Shown here piece after piece: positions 9,774 to 18,004 of a DNA stretch of 64,000 nucleotides (the stretch's first letter is position 1; each line of letters opens with the position of its first letter). The notes under the pieces were generated by a model. The model had not been told where the DNA came from. It ran no database searches and worked only from the letters and a program-made list of their open reading frames with translations. The position numbers and the translations under genes are program-made. Source of the DNA: Gemmatimonadota bacterium. GTDB taxonomy: Bacteria > Gemmatimonadota > Gemmatimonadetes > Gemmatimonadales > GWC2-71-9. The stretch is from positions 1,651 to 65,650 of the forward strand of contig QKDC01000165.1 in NCBI GenBank assembly GCA_003246755.1, in the 5' to 3' direction.

Positions 9774-12700
9774 GTGCGAAACATCTTGACGCTCTTCATC
9801 CTCTGGGCCACCGCCGCTGTCCCCAGCTTGGCACAGAGCCTCGATACCACGACCTATAGCCATCTCCGGTGGCGGAATGTTGGGATGCTGCGCGGCGGGA
9901 GGTCCGTGGCGGTCACCGGCTCTGCCGCCCGTCCCGATGAGTACTGGATGGGGACGACCGGGGGCGGGGTCTTCAAAACGACCGATGGGGGAACCTCGTG
10001 GACCCCGATGAGTGACAAGTATTTCGGGGGGACGATCGGGGCGATTGCCGTTGCGCCCTCCAATCCCAACATCGTGTATGTCGGCGGGGGGGAATTCCCG
10101 ATCCGGGGCAACGTCTCACACGGTGATGGGGTCTACAAGACCACCGATGGAGGCCGAACCTGGCGGTACATGGGACTCGTGGAGACACGGCACATCGCCA
10201 AGATCCGGATTCACCCGGGTAATCCCGACCTGGTGTACGTCGCGGCACTGGGTCAGGTCTTCAGCCCAAACGCCGAGAGAGGGATCTACAAGTCGATCGA
10301 TGGGGGAGAGACGTGGCGACGAGTCCTGTTCCGGAACGACTCGACAGGGGCGGTCGATCTCACGATGGATCCCAACGACCCGCGCATCCTCTACGCCGGT
10401 CTCTGGCAGGCGGGACGGACACCCTGGAAGCTGGTGAGTGGTGGTGTCGGAAGCGGGATCTTCAAGTCGACCGATGGTGGTGAAACGTGGACCGAGATCA
10501 CTCGGAACCCCGGACTTCCCGGTGGACTCATTGGGAACATCGGAATCAGTGTGTCACCGGTTCAACGGGGCAGGGTATGGGCCTTGATCGAAGCCGACAG
10601 CGGGGGAGTCTTCCTCAGCGACGACGCAGGGGCCACCTGGACCAAGGTGAATAGCGAACGGAAGCTTCGGCAGCGTGCCTGGTACTACTCCCGCATTTAT
10701 GCCGACACGAAGGACGCCAACACCGTGTACGCTAGCAATACCTCGTTCCAACGCTCGACAGACGGCGGTAGGACGTGGACCGGCATCCGGACTCCGCACG
10801 GGGATAGTCACGACATGTGGATGTCACCAGATGACAATCAGCGGTTCATCGAAGGGAATGACGGCGGGGGCAACATCACCCGTGACGCCGGTCGCACCTG
10901 GACCGAGCAGGATTACCGGACCGCCCAGTTCTATCACGTCACCACGACGAATCATTTCCCCTATCGCATCTGTGGGGCCCAGCAGGACAACAGCACACTC
11001 TGCGGTGCAAGTCGGCCGGTCTTCGGCAGCAACGTCGAGGATTGGTACGATGTTGGTGGTGGTGAGTCTGGGTATATCGCGGTCAGGCCGGACAACCCCG
11101 ACGTCGTGTACGCCGGGAGTTACGGCGGATATCTGAGCAGAAAGGACGTTCGTACCGGGATCACACGCTCGATCAACCCGTTTCCCATGAATCCGATGGG
11201 TCATTCTGCGGAGGATATTGGCTACCGGTTCCAGTGGACCTTCCCGATCGTGATTTCGCCGCACGACCCGTCCGTTCTCTACGCGGCGGCGAACGTGATC
11301 TTCCGGTCCAGGGACGAAGGACAGAGCTTCGAGATCATGAGTCCGGATCTCACGCGTCACGACCCTGCCACCCTGGGACCGTCGGGTGGTCCCATCACGA
11401 AGGACCAGACGAGTGTCGAGTACTACGCCACGATTTTTTCCTTGGCGGAGTCGCCCCTCGAACGCGGGGTGCTGTGGACGGGGTCTGACGACGGCATGAT
11501 CTACATCACTCGGGATGATGGTGAGACGTGGACGAATGTCACGCCGCCAGATCTTCCGGAGTGGACTCGGATTTCCATCATCGATGCATCTGCTCATCGG
11601 CGCGGTACAGCGTTCGTTGCAGGGAACAGGTATCAACTGGGAGACTTCAGCCCCTATCTCTATCGTACGACCGACTACGGCGCTTCCTGGACTCGCATCG
11701 ACTCTGGTATTCGCCGGTCCGATTTCACACGCGTCATCCGGGAAGACCCAGCGCGGGAAGGTCTCCTCTATGCGGGGACAGAGCGTGGAGTGTGGGTCTC
11801 GTTCGATGACGGTGCCCATTGGCAAACCCTCCAACTGAATCTGCCTCCCGTACCGGTGCATGATCTCGTCATTCACGATGCCGATGTGGTCATCGGAACG
11901 CACGGGCGCTCGTTCTGGGTCCTGGACGACATTTCCACACTCCGGCAACTCACCCCCGCCGTCGTGGAGTCTGACGTCAAGTTGTTCGCCCCCACGCCGG
12001 CGTACAGAATGTTCGGGACCGCCAAGGTGAGCTTCTGGCTCAAGGATGCTGGGAAGCGGGTGCAACTGGAGTTTCTCGATCCGGAGGGGAAGGTGGTTGG
12101 CACTTTCTCGAGCGATCGACCAGCCCAGCAAACAGCAGGTGCCTCGCGGGAAGAGGTGGACGAGGCTCGGGTGGACAGCCTCAGGAATCTCGGAGTTCTT
12201 CCTGCCTCCGTGCGCGCTGGTGGCCCACCCACCCCGAGCGTGACGGCTGTTCGTGGGCGGGGCCCGGCTCCGACCCCGAGGGTCACCGCCTCCAAAGGGA
12301 TGAACACGTTCTCCTGGAACATGCGGCACGCGGATGCCACTCGGTTTCCAGGGATGATCTTCTGGGCCGCTGGCACGTCGGGTCCCGTTGTTGCCCCAGG
12401 CTCCTACCAAGTACGTCTCACCGTGGGCGATGTGGTGCAGACCCAAGCCTTGAGAGTCCTCCGCGACCCCAGGACCGATGCCACGGACGCCGACGTACAG
12501 GAGCAAGTTGCCCTGCTACTCCAGATCCGGGACAAGACCACAGAAGCGAACGACGCGGTACGTCTAATCCGGCAAATCAAGAGCGACTTGGTGTCCCGCA
12601 CCGCCGATGCGGGAAGTCGGGCGGGTGGGTTGACGCGAACCACCGCGAGCTTCATCAGGGATCTCAGCGCCGTTGAAGGTGAGATCTATCAGGTGAGGAA

Positions 12701-13007
12701 CGAGAGCAACCAAGACCCGCTGAATTTCCCGATTCGGCTCAACAACAAAATCGCCGCCCTCGCCGGAGTCGTTGGTGGGGCGGAGGCGCGTCCTACGAAG
12801 CAGAGCTATGAGGTGTTCGAGATGCTCTCGGACTCACTCGCGATCCAGACCCGCCGGTTGGCAGAAGTCATCCGGGTCGGTCTTCCTCGAGTCAACGATG
12901 AGTTGGAGCGACTTGGACTGATCCCGATCGCCGCCGTGCTTCGCTCGGGAGATGACGAGGCTGAAGAACGTGAGGGGCAGGGAGAGTCGGAGGGAGCGTC
13001 TGAGTGA
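9774..13007 (+). CDS. Sortilin/VPS10-like BNR (Asp-box) repeat protein, secreted, 1077 aa
   Basis: GTG start followed by a signal peptide (LFILWATAAVPSLAQS). Repeated S/T-x-D-x-G-x-T-W Asp-boxes (TTDGGTSWTPM, TTDGGRTWRYM, SIDGGETWRRV, STDGGETWTEI, SDDAGATWTKV, STDGGRTWTGI, TRDDGETWTNV). Confidence 0.8.
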   Translation: MRNILTLFILWATAAVPSLAQSLDTTTYSHLRWRNVGMLRGGRSVAVTGSAARPDEYWMGTTGGGVFKTTDGGTSWTPMSDKYFGGTIGAIAVAPSNPNIVYVGGGEFPIRGNVSHGDGVYKTTDGGRTWRYMGLVETRHIAKIRIHPGNPDLVYVAALGQVFSPNAERGIYKSIDGGETWRRVLFRNDSTGAVDLTMDPNDPRILYAGLWQAGRTPWKLVSGGVGSGIFKSTDGGETWTEITRNPGLPGGLIGNIGISVSPVQRGRVWALIEADSGGVFLSDDAGATWTKVNSERKLRQRAWYYSRIYADTKDANTVYASNTSFQRSTDGGRTWTGIRTPHGDSHDMWMSPDDNQRFIEGNDGGGNITRDAGRTWTEQDYRTAQFYHVTTTNHFPYRICGAQQDNSTLCGASRPVFGSNVEDWYDVGGGESGYIAVRPDNPDVVYAGSYGGYLSRKDVRTGITRSINPFPMNPMGHSAEDIGYRFQWTFPIVISPHDPSVLYAAANVIFRSRDEGQSFEIMSPDLTRHDPATLGPSGGPITKDQTSVEYYATIFSLAESPLERGVLWTGSDDGMIYITRDDGETWTNVTPPDLPEWTRISIIDASAHRRGTAFVAGNRYQLGDFSPYLYRTTDYGASWTRIDSGIRRSDFTRVIREDPAREGLLYAGTERGVWVSFDDGAHWQTLQLNLPPVPVHDLVIHDADVVIGTHGRSFWVLDDISTLRQLTPAVVESDVKLFAPTPAYRMFGTAKVSFWLKDAGKRVQLEFLDPEGKVVGTFSSDRPAQQTAGASREEVDEARVDSLRNLGVLPASVRAGGPPTPSVTAVRGRGPAPTPRVTASKGMNTFSWNMRHADATRFPGMIFWAAGTSGPVVAPGSYQVRLTVGDVVQTQALRVLRDPRTDATDADVQEQVALLLQIRDKTTEANDAVRLIRQIKSDLVSRTADAGSRAGGLTRTTASFIRDLSAVEGEIYQVRNESNQDPLNFPIRLNNKIAALAGVVGGAEARPTKQSYEVFEMLSDSLAIQTRRLAEVIRVGLPRVNDELERLGLIPIAAVLRSGDDEAEEREGQGESEGASE

Positions 13008-14083
13008 TGCTCAGGATGTCGGGTGTCTGGCTCGTGGTGCTCTTCGTTGCGGGGTGTGGCGCGCCCGTGAGACGAGAAATCCCACTCGCGGAGTTTAGCC
13101 AGCCGCAGGATACGATTCTCACGCAGTACGTCAATCTCCCGGTGGCGGCTTGGGTACAGGGATCCCGCTGGGCGGTCGTATCGGGTGAGTTCAACGAGGC
13201 GGCCATTGTCGACTTTGCGACTGGGTCCCGTACCCTCCTTGGTGGAGCGGGAGGGCGGGAGATTCGGAATCCCTTCGACGTCTACACCTATGGTGACACG
13301 GTCACGGTGACCGATTGGGCGTTACGCCGCGCGACCATGTGGAACGCCGATGGCGATTTCATCGCCAGCATGCCGGCGGTGCCTGAGCTTCGCGGGGCCT
13401 TACCCAAAGGGCGGGACGCCGCAGGTCAACTCTACTTCGAGGTGTCACCACCCCCGGGACCCGCTGGAAGTGGCAATCGCGATTCTGCGGCAATCGTTCG
13501 GTCGGCCCAAAACCTCGCCAGGTTCGACACGGTGGGCCGTCTTTCACCTCTCGATCTCGCGGAAATCGAGGATGCGACAGGCCGCCGACTCGAGCGACGC
13601 ATTTTCAGTGGATCGGACGAGTGGGGTGTCCTGCGCGATGGTGCGGTTTGGATTGCCAGAGTCTATCCACCCCGTACCTACTGGATTCTCCCCAACGGGG
13701 AGATCATCAAAGGGGATGCTCTTCCCGACCGACTCCACGAGGTCACCCAGGTCGATCGACAGCAATGGTTACAGCAGTTTCCTGAGGAACTCCGATCGAC
13801 GGCCGAGAACCTGCCGTTCTCCCCTCTCAAGCCAGCCTTCGAAGCAGGGTTTTCCTCCCATGACGGGACGATCTTTCTGGAGCGGAGCCGCGCGACCGTC
13901 GACACCGTTCGAGAGTATCATGTGGTGGATCGGGAGGGGATGTTACGCTATATCGCGGTCTTGCCCCTGCGCCATGGTCACGTGATTGCGGTCGGCGACT
14001 CCGTCGCACTCGTGGCGGAGCAATACCGGGAAGGGGTACGTCTCATGCAGGTGAACATCCCTCGGCCAGCCCCCCTCCCGTAG
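13004..14083 (+). CDS. Lipoprotein of unknown function (paralogue of 4833..6023)
   Basis: Start overlaps the stop of the BNR gene (GTGATG at 13004-13009). Lipobox-like LFVAGC. Colinear similarity to the 4833..6023 product. Confidence 0.6.
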   Translation: MMLRMSGVWLVVLFVAGCGAPVRREIPLAEFSQPQDTILTQYVNLPVAAWVQGSRWAVVSGEFNEAAIVDFATGSRTLLGGAGGREIRNPFDVYTYGDTVTVTDWALRRATMWNADGDFIASMPAVPELRGALPKGRDAAGQLYFEVSPPPGPAGSGNRDSAAIVRSAQNLARFDTVGRLSPLDLAEIEDATGRRLERRIFSGSDEWGVLRDGAVWIARVYPPRTYWILPNGEIIKGDALPDRLHEVTQVDRQQWLQQFPEELRSTAENLPFSPLKPAFEAGFSSHDGTIFLERSRATVDTVREYHVVDREGMLRYIAVLPLRHGHVIAVGDSVALVAEQYREGVRLMQVNIPRPAPLP

Positions 14084-14773
14084 TCACTCGGGGGGTAGTT
14101 CCGGTTCCGAAGTGGGCTCGGGCAACGGTGGTGTGACCTTTGTACGCCCCCGCTCGTACCATCGCCGAGTGATCTCTCCGGCCAACTCTCTATTACCCAG
14201 CCCAAAAGCCAGCCCAGCCGCCAAGGCGATGGAGCCGAAGACGAGTGTGAACGTCGCCGTGACTATTTCTTCCCCGACACCCAGTTGTTGGAGAGCCATG
14301 AACACGCTGACAAGAACGATGGCCGACTTGGCGAGCCGACCGACGGTGGGGGCACCTTCGGCACCACCTGCCGAGGCCAGGATTACGGCCCGAATGAACT
14401 CACCGGCAATCACCCCGAGGATGATGGTGATGGCAGCCCCTAGGAGCGTCGGGACGTAACCGACGAAGAGTTCAAGTAGTTGACCCACCGTTTCGAACCC
14501 CAAAGCCGTGCTGGACAGCAGGATGACGAGCAGCATCACCAGCCAGAAGAGCAACCGAGCCATCGTTTGGGCTGGGTCTACCCCACCAATCTTGCTCGGT
14601 GATCCCACCAACCTGCCGAAATTCCAGCGCTTGAGGAGGTCACGCGTCCACCTCTGGGCTTGCCTGGCGACCAAATAGCCTGTCAAGAGGATGAGGGCGG
14701 CCGCGACGAGAGCCGGGGCCACGGATTTCAGTTGTTCGGCGCCGACGCCGAGACGGTTCAGCAGGTCATTCAT
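14084..14773 (-). CDS. Polytopic membrane protein with repeated 'conserved TM helix'-type segments
   Basis: Repeated hydrophobic segments each preceded by a P-x-LLGA-like motif (VAPALVAAALILLTG, YVPTLLGAAITIILG). No enzymatic motif seen. Confidence 0.45.
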   Translation of the reverse strand: MNDLLNRLGVGAEQLKSVAPALVAAALILLTGYLVARQAQRWTRDLLKRWNFGRLVGSPSKIGGVDPAQTMARLLFWLVMLLVILLSSTALGFETVGQLLELFVGYVPTLLGAAITIILGVIAGEFIRAVILASAGGAEGAPTVGRLAKSAIVLVSVFMALQQLGVGEEIVTATFTLVFGSIALAAGLAFGLGNRELAGEITRRWYERGRTKVTPPLPEPTSEPELPPE

Positions 14774-14986
14774 GGGATACTCTCGTGGACGAATCGGTGA
14801 TTGTATCTCGCGTCGTCACTTCGTGCGAATGTGATGCCATGACCTCAGACAATGGAACGTGTTGTAATACAAAGAGATACGCGTTCGCCCAGAACGATGA
14901 ATCTTCAGAGAACCGGCCTTGTCTTGCACAGAGACCCTCGTCTCGCAAGATATATGGGGCTCGTGTCTTCCTCAGGAGGATGGTTT

Positions 14987-15313
14987 ATGGTGGCGTTTCG
15001 GAGCATGGAGATGGGGTGGTCTGGACAGGGCTGGATGGATCCGATGCCCTCGATGCCCGCACTGCCTGTGGAAGAAGCCGAACCCAATCCACCGCCCGCT
15101 TCGCCGCCTGGCCTCCAACGGCAGGCCAAGAAGAACACGAAGAAGGCCGTCAAGCAGGCCACGCAAAAACCTGCGAGGAAAGCCGCGAAGAAGAAAGTCA
15201 CGAAGAAGGCTGCGCCAAAGAGGGCGACGAAGAAGGCTGCGCCAAAGAAGGCGACGAAGAAAGCGACCAAGAAGCGTGGCGCGAAGAAGGCCAAGCCGGC
15301 CCGGAAGAAGTAA
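14987..15313 (+). CDS. Histone H1-like Lys/Ala-rich basic protein
   Basis: Frame of track ORF 14852..15313 trimmed to ATG 14987. That ATG lies 6 nt after AGGAGGA (14974-14980). C-terminal half is KKAVKQATQKPARKAAKKKVTKKAAPKRATKKAAPKKATKKATKKRGAKKAKPARKK. Confidence 0.65.
   Translation: MVAFRSMEMGWSGQGWMDPMPSMPALPVEEAEPNPPPASPPGLQRQAKKNTKKAVKQATQKPARKAAKKKVTKKAAPKRATKKAAPKKATKKATKKRGAKKAKPARKK
15200..15253 (+). repeat. 27-bp tandem direct repeat (2 copies, 1 mismatch) inside the Lys/Ala-rich gene
   Basis: acgaagaaggctgcgccaaagagggcg (15200-15226) is followed directly by acgaagaaggctgcgccaaagaaggcg (15227-15253). A degenerate third unit follows. Each unit encodes TKKAAPKRA / TKKAAPKKA. Confidence 0.85.
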
Positions 15314-15316
15314 CCG

Positions 15317-16027
15317 CTAGGGGGATGCGGCTTTCCAGAGCCACCACAGTCCCACGACGATGCCCGCAACACCGACCATCCGGGAGACTCTTCTGCCGGT
15401 TTCGACCGAAGGGTCGGAGACTCGACCAATCGCCTTCGCTACCACGGCCGCGAAGAGTGTCATCGATCCCGTCACACCGATTCCGAATACGATCAAATAG
15501 GCGAATCCCAGCGAGGTCCGGTCGATCAACGTGACCGGGAGCAGTGCGACGGCTGCTGTCGTCCCCGCAAGACCATGGAGCATGCCGACGAGCGTTACAC
15601 CGCCGGCCTCATGTGCGTGGGACGATGACGATGGGTTGGAGTGATGGTGGTGATCGTGGCCGCCCGTGCCCTTGGGGTGCGTGTGGAGATGCGCATGGTC
15701 ACCATGTTCTGCCGGGAGGTGCACATGTAAGTTGCGGGTTGATCGCATGGACCAGAGTCCGATGCCAACCAGCATCAGACCTACGCCTCCCTCTGCGACC
15801 CGGTCCCAATGCGCTCCCCAACGCAGCCCGGTGATGAGAATCACACCCCCGGCTGCGAGGACCGCAAGGGAATGTCCAAGGCCCCAGCGGAAGCCAAACT
15901 GGATGGCCGTTCGCAGGGCCGGTCTTCGGCTGACGAAGGCAGTGACCGCCAGCATGTGGTCCACATCGAGCGCGTGCAGAAACCCCAGCACGGCCGCCGT
16001 GGCAAGCAGGATCAAGGTAGACGACAT
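15317..16027 (-). CDS. NiCoT/RcnA-like nickel/cobalt transporter with His-rich loop
   Basis: Track ORF 15317..16408 trimmed to ATG 16027 (MSSTLILLATAAVLGFLHALDVDHM). H-x4-D-H signature (HALDVDH). Central loop HLPAEHGDHAHLHTHPKGTGGHDHHHHSNPSSSSHAHE. The discarded N-terminal extension is antisense to selD. Confidence 0.75.
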   Translation of the reverse strand: MSSTLILLATAAVLGFLHALDVDHMLAVTAFVSRRPALRTAIQFGFRWGLGHSLAVLAAGGVILITGLRWGAHWDRVAEGGVGLMLVGIGLWSMRSTRNLHVHLPAEHGDHAHLHTHPKGTGGHDHHHHSNPSSSSHAHEAGGVTLVGMLHGLAGTTAAVALLPVTLIDRTSLGFAYLIVFGIGVTGSMTLFAAVVAKAIGRVSDPSVETGRRVSRMVGVAGIVVGLWWLWKAASP

Positions 16028-16058
16028 GCAGGCATCCACGTTCAGGGCGAGGTAAGAT

Positions 16059-17126
16059 ATGCCGACACCACCTCGTGACGCGCGGCCGCGTATCCGATTG
16101 TCCCATCTGTCACATGGCGCTGGTTGAGCCTGCAAGCTCGGCAGTGCCGAACTGGCGCAGGTGCTGCGCCACCTCCCCACGACCCCCGACCCGAACATCC
16201 TGGTCGACGCGGCGAGCCGAGATGACGCTGCCGTGATCAGGATCGGTTCGGACCGGGCGCTCATCGCCACGGTGGATTTCTTCACGCCGATCGTCGATGA
16301 TGCCGCTGCATGGGGAGGGATCACCGCGGCGAACGCTCTGAGCGATGTGTACGCCATGGGTGGCCGACCGCTCTTCTGTCTCAGTGTGGTCGGGTGGCCC
16401 AGGGACACGCTCCCGTTCGAACTATTGGGTGAAGCGATGCAGGGCGCGATTCGTGTCCTCGAGGGCGCGGGGTGCCCGATCGTGGGTGGTCACTCGGTGG
16501 ACGACCCCGAGCCGAAGTTGGGATTTGCGGTGATCGGCGAGGTTCATCCCGACCGCATGCTCACCAACACGGGTGCGAGTCCCGGTGATCGGTTGATTCT
16601 CACCAAACCTCTCGGAACCGGCATTCTCACGACCGCTTTGAAGCAGGACATCCTCGGAGAGACGGAACTGGAAGAGGCAGTCCACTGCATGATGGGCCTC
16701 AATATGGAGGCCGGGCGTCTCGCCGTGGAGCATCAGGCGACAGCGGCCACCGACGTGACCGGTTTTGGCCTCATCGGGCATCTTGCCAACATGGTGCAAG
16801 AGAATGGTCTCGGTGTCGATGTCGCCTTCGAGCGACTCCCGTTGTTGTCGAGGGCGCTTGCGTTGGCAGGCGAGGGTGTTGTGCCGGGTGGGTCGCGGCG
16901 GAATCTCGAAGCGTCGGCCGTCGAGTGGGACCCCTCGCTCACGGAGGCAGAACGGCTGATCTGCGCCGATGCACAAACCTCGGGAGGGCTGCTGATCGCC
17001 ATTCCCGAGAATCGCACCCGAGCATTGGTTGAGGCACTCGAGGCCGCTGGCACCCAGGCCGCGGCGGTGATCGGTCGGTTTTCTGCTGGATCTGGACTGC
17101 GAGTGTTCCGCTCGGTGTCGTGGTGA
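16059..17126 (+). CDS. selD: Selenide, water dikinase (selenophosphate synthetase), Sec-containing form with in-frame UGA at 16125-16127
   Basis: Track ORF 16161..17126 matches SelD from about residue 30 onward (DDAAVIRIG, TVDFFTPIVDD, ALSDVYAMGG, GGHSVDDPEPK, LTKPLGTG). Extending the same frame upstream gives ATG 16059 MPTPPRDARPRIRLSHLSHGAG-UGA-ACKLGSAELAQVLRHL. This aligns with the E. coli SHGAGCGCK loop. An in-frame TAA lies at 16053. Confidence 0.85.
16125..16171 (+). promoter_or_regulatory. Sec-UGA plus candidate bacterial SECIS hairpins
   Basis: UGA at 16125-16127. Hairpin A: tcgg (16138-16141) / loop cagtg / ccga (16147-16150). Hairpin B: tggcgcag (16153-16160) / loop gtg / ctgcgcca (16164-16171), 8 perfect bp. 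Both loops contain GU. Confidence 0.5.
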
Positions 17127-17356
17127 CTCGACGTATCCATCGTTGGACCCCGGCGAGGATGTCCGATCTCGAAGCGGCCGTGACGGCTCGTCGTCGGGTG
17201 GCCCTCACCAGGAGGGGCACGGAGTACGTCGTGATTGCTCAGGGCCTTCGGGTACACGGCCGTGAGGAAGTGTTGATCGCGAGACTCCCCATGACGGGGG
17301 AGGATCTCGAATTCGTGCTCGATGAAATCGAGACCTTCGACGTGCTCGGAGTCTGA
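17120..17356 (+). CDS. Small hypothetical protein (78 aa)
   Basis: GTG GTG at 17120-17125 overlaps the selD stop (GTGA). No recognisable motif. Kept because of the coupling and its position between selD and rnhA. Confidence 0.4.
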   Translation: MVTRRIHRWTPARMSDLEAAVTARRRVALTRRGTEYVVIAQGLRVHGREEVLIARLPMTGEDLEFVLDEIETFDVLGV

Positions 17357-17359
17357 GCG

Positions 17360-17983
17360 TTGGTGCGTCGTCCGGTCGTGGTGTATCTGGATGAGAGTTG
17401 TCTCGTCAACGATCGGAGCCGCATCAGTCCGGGCGGCGCAGGAGGCTTGATTGAAACCCGATCGCATGGGGTGGTGGAGCGACGAGAGTTCTTCCTCTCG
17501 GAACCGAATACGACCAACAACCGGATGGCGCTCACGGGAGCCATCACCGCTCTCCGCCTGCTCGAAGCTGTATCGTCTCGGTCGCAATTCCTTCTGGTGA
17601 GCGATTCGGAGTACCTGGTGCGTGGGATCCGGGAGTGGGTTCCCAATTGGATCGTTCGTGGCTGGCGGCGCCGGAGTGGAGCGATCGAAAACGTCGAACT
17701 CTGGAAGACCTTCGCCAGTACGAGCATGCGATTCGATGTGCAGTTCACCTGGGTGCGAGGACATGCAGGTCACCCGAAGAACGAATACGCCGACGCCCTC
17801 GCAGTCGGGGCCGCCAAAGCCCAGGGAAACTCGGACGGGATCAGGGCTTCGCGGTTCCTGGAGTGGCTGGAGGGGTGCCGGGCGGCTGGCAGGTACCTCG
17901 ATTATGATGCAGATGCTGCATTTGGCGCATTGGAGAGACGGCTTGTGGCCGGTGAAAAGTTCCGACTTGACGCTGGTGCGTGA
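17360..17983 (+). CDS. rnhA: Ribonuclease HI with about 60-aa C-terminal extension
   Basis: DEDD catalytic blocks are present: VVVYLDESC, TTNNRMALTGAI, LVSDSEYLV, GHAGHPKNEYADALA. The start is TTG 17360 or GTG 17363. Confidence 0.85.
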   Translation: MVRRPVVVYLDESCLVNDRSRISPGGAGGLIETRSHGVVERREFFLSEPNTTNNRMALTGAITALRLLEAVSSRSQFLLVSDSEYLVRGIREWVPNWIVRGWRRRSGAIENVELWKTFASTSMRFDVQFTWVRGHAGHPKNEYADALAVGAAKAQGNSDGIRASRFLEWLEGCRAAGRYLDYDADAAFGALERRLVAGEKFRLDAGA

Positions 17984-18004
17984 TTCCATCGTTCACCGTT
18001 TCCG

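Noticed and set aside
10824-12506. 560-aa ORF antisense to the first sortilin/BNR gene
   Set aside because: It is an antisense shadow ORF typical of GC-rich DNA. Its product is Arg/Pro/Gly-rich without motifs, whereas the sense frame has clear Asp-box repeats.
14785-15534. 249-aa alternative frame across the Lys/Ala-rich repeat (EEHEEGRQAGH...EGCAKEGDEEGCAKEG)
   Set aside because: It runs through the convergent NiCoT-like gene and has no RBS. The K/A frame has an AGGAGGA-ATG context and a sensible stop at 15313. The alternative frame is a by-product of the same repeat DNA.
16161-16163. GTG 16161 as the selD start (as in the ORF track)
   Set aside because: This start would delete the conserved catalytic loop. 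The upstream in-frame sequence encodes that loop with UGA at the Cys/Sec position.
16028-16408. N-terminal 127-codon extension of the NiCoT-like ORF (track ORF 15317..16408)
   Set aside because: The extension is antisense to the selD N-terminus and lacks TM character. ATG 16027 opens directly into the first TM helix carrying the HX4DH signature.
16733-17989. 418-aa minus-strand ORF across selD, the 78-aa ORF and rnhA
   Set aside because: It is antisense to genes with strong family motifs, and its composition is typical of shadow ORFs.
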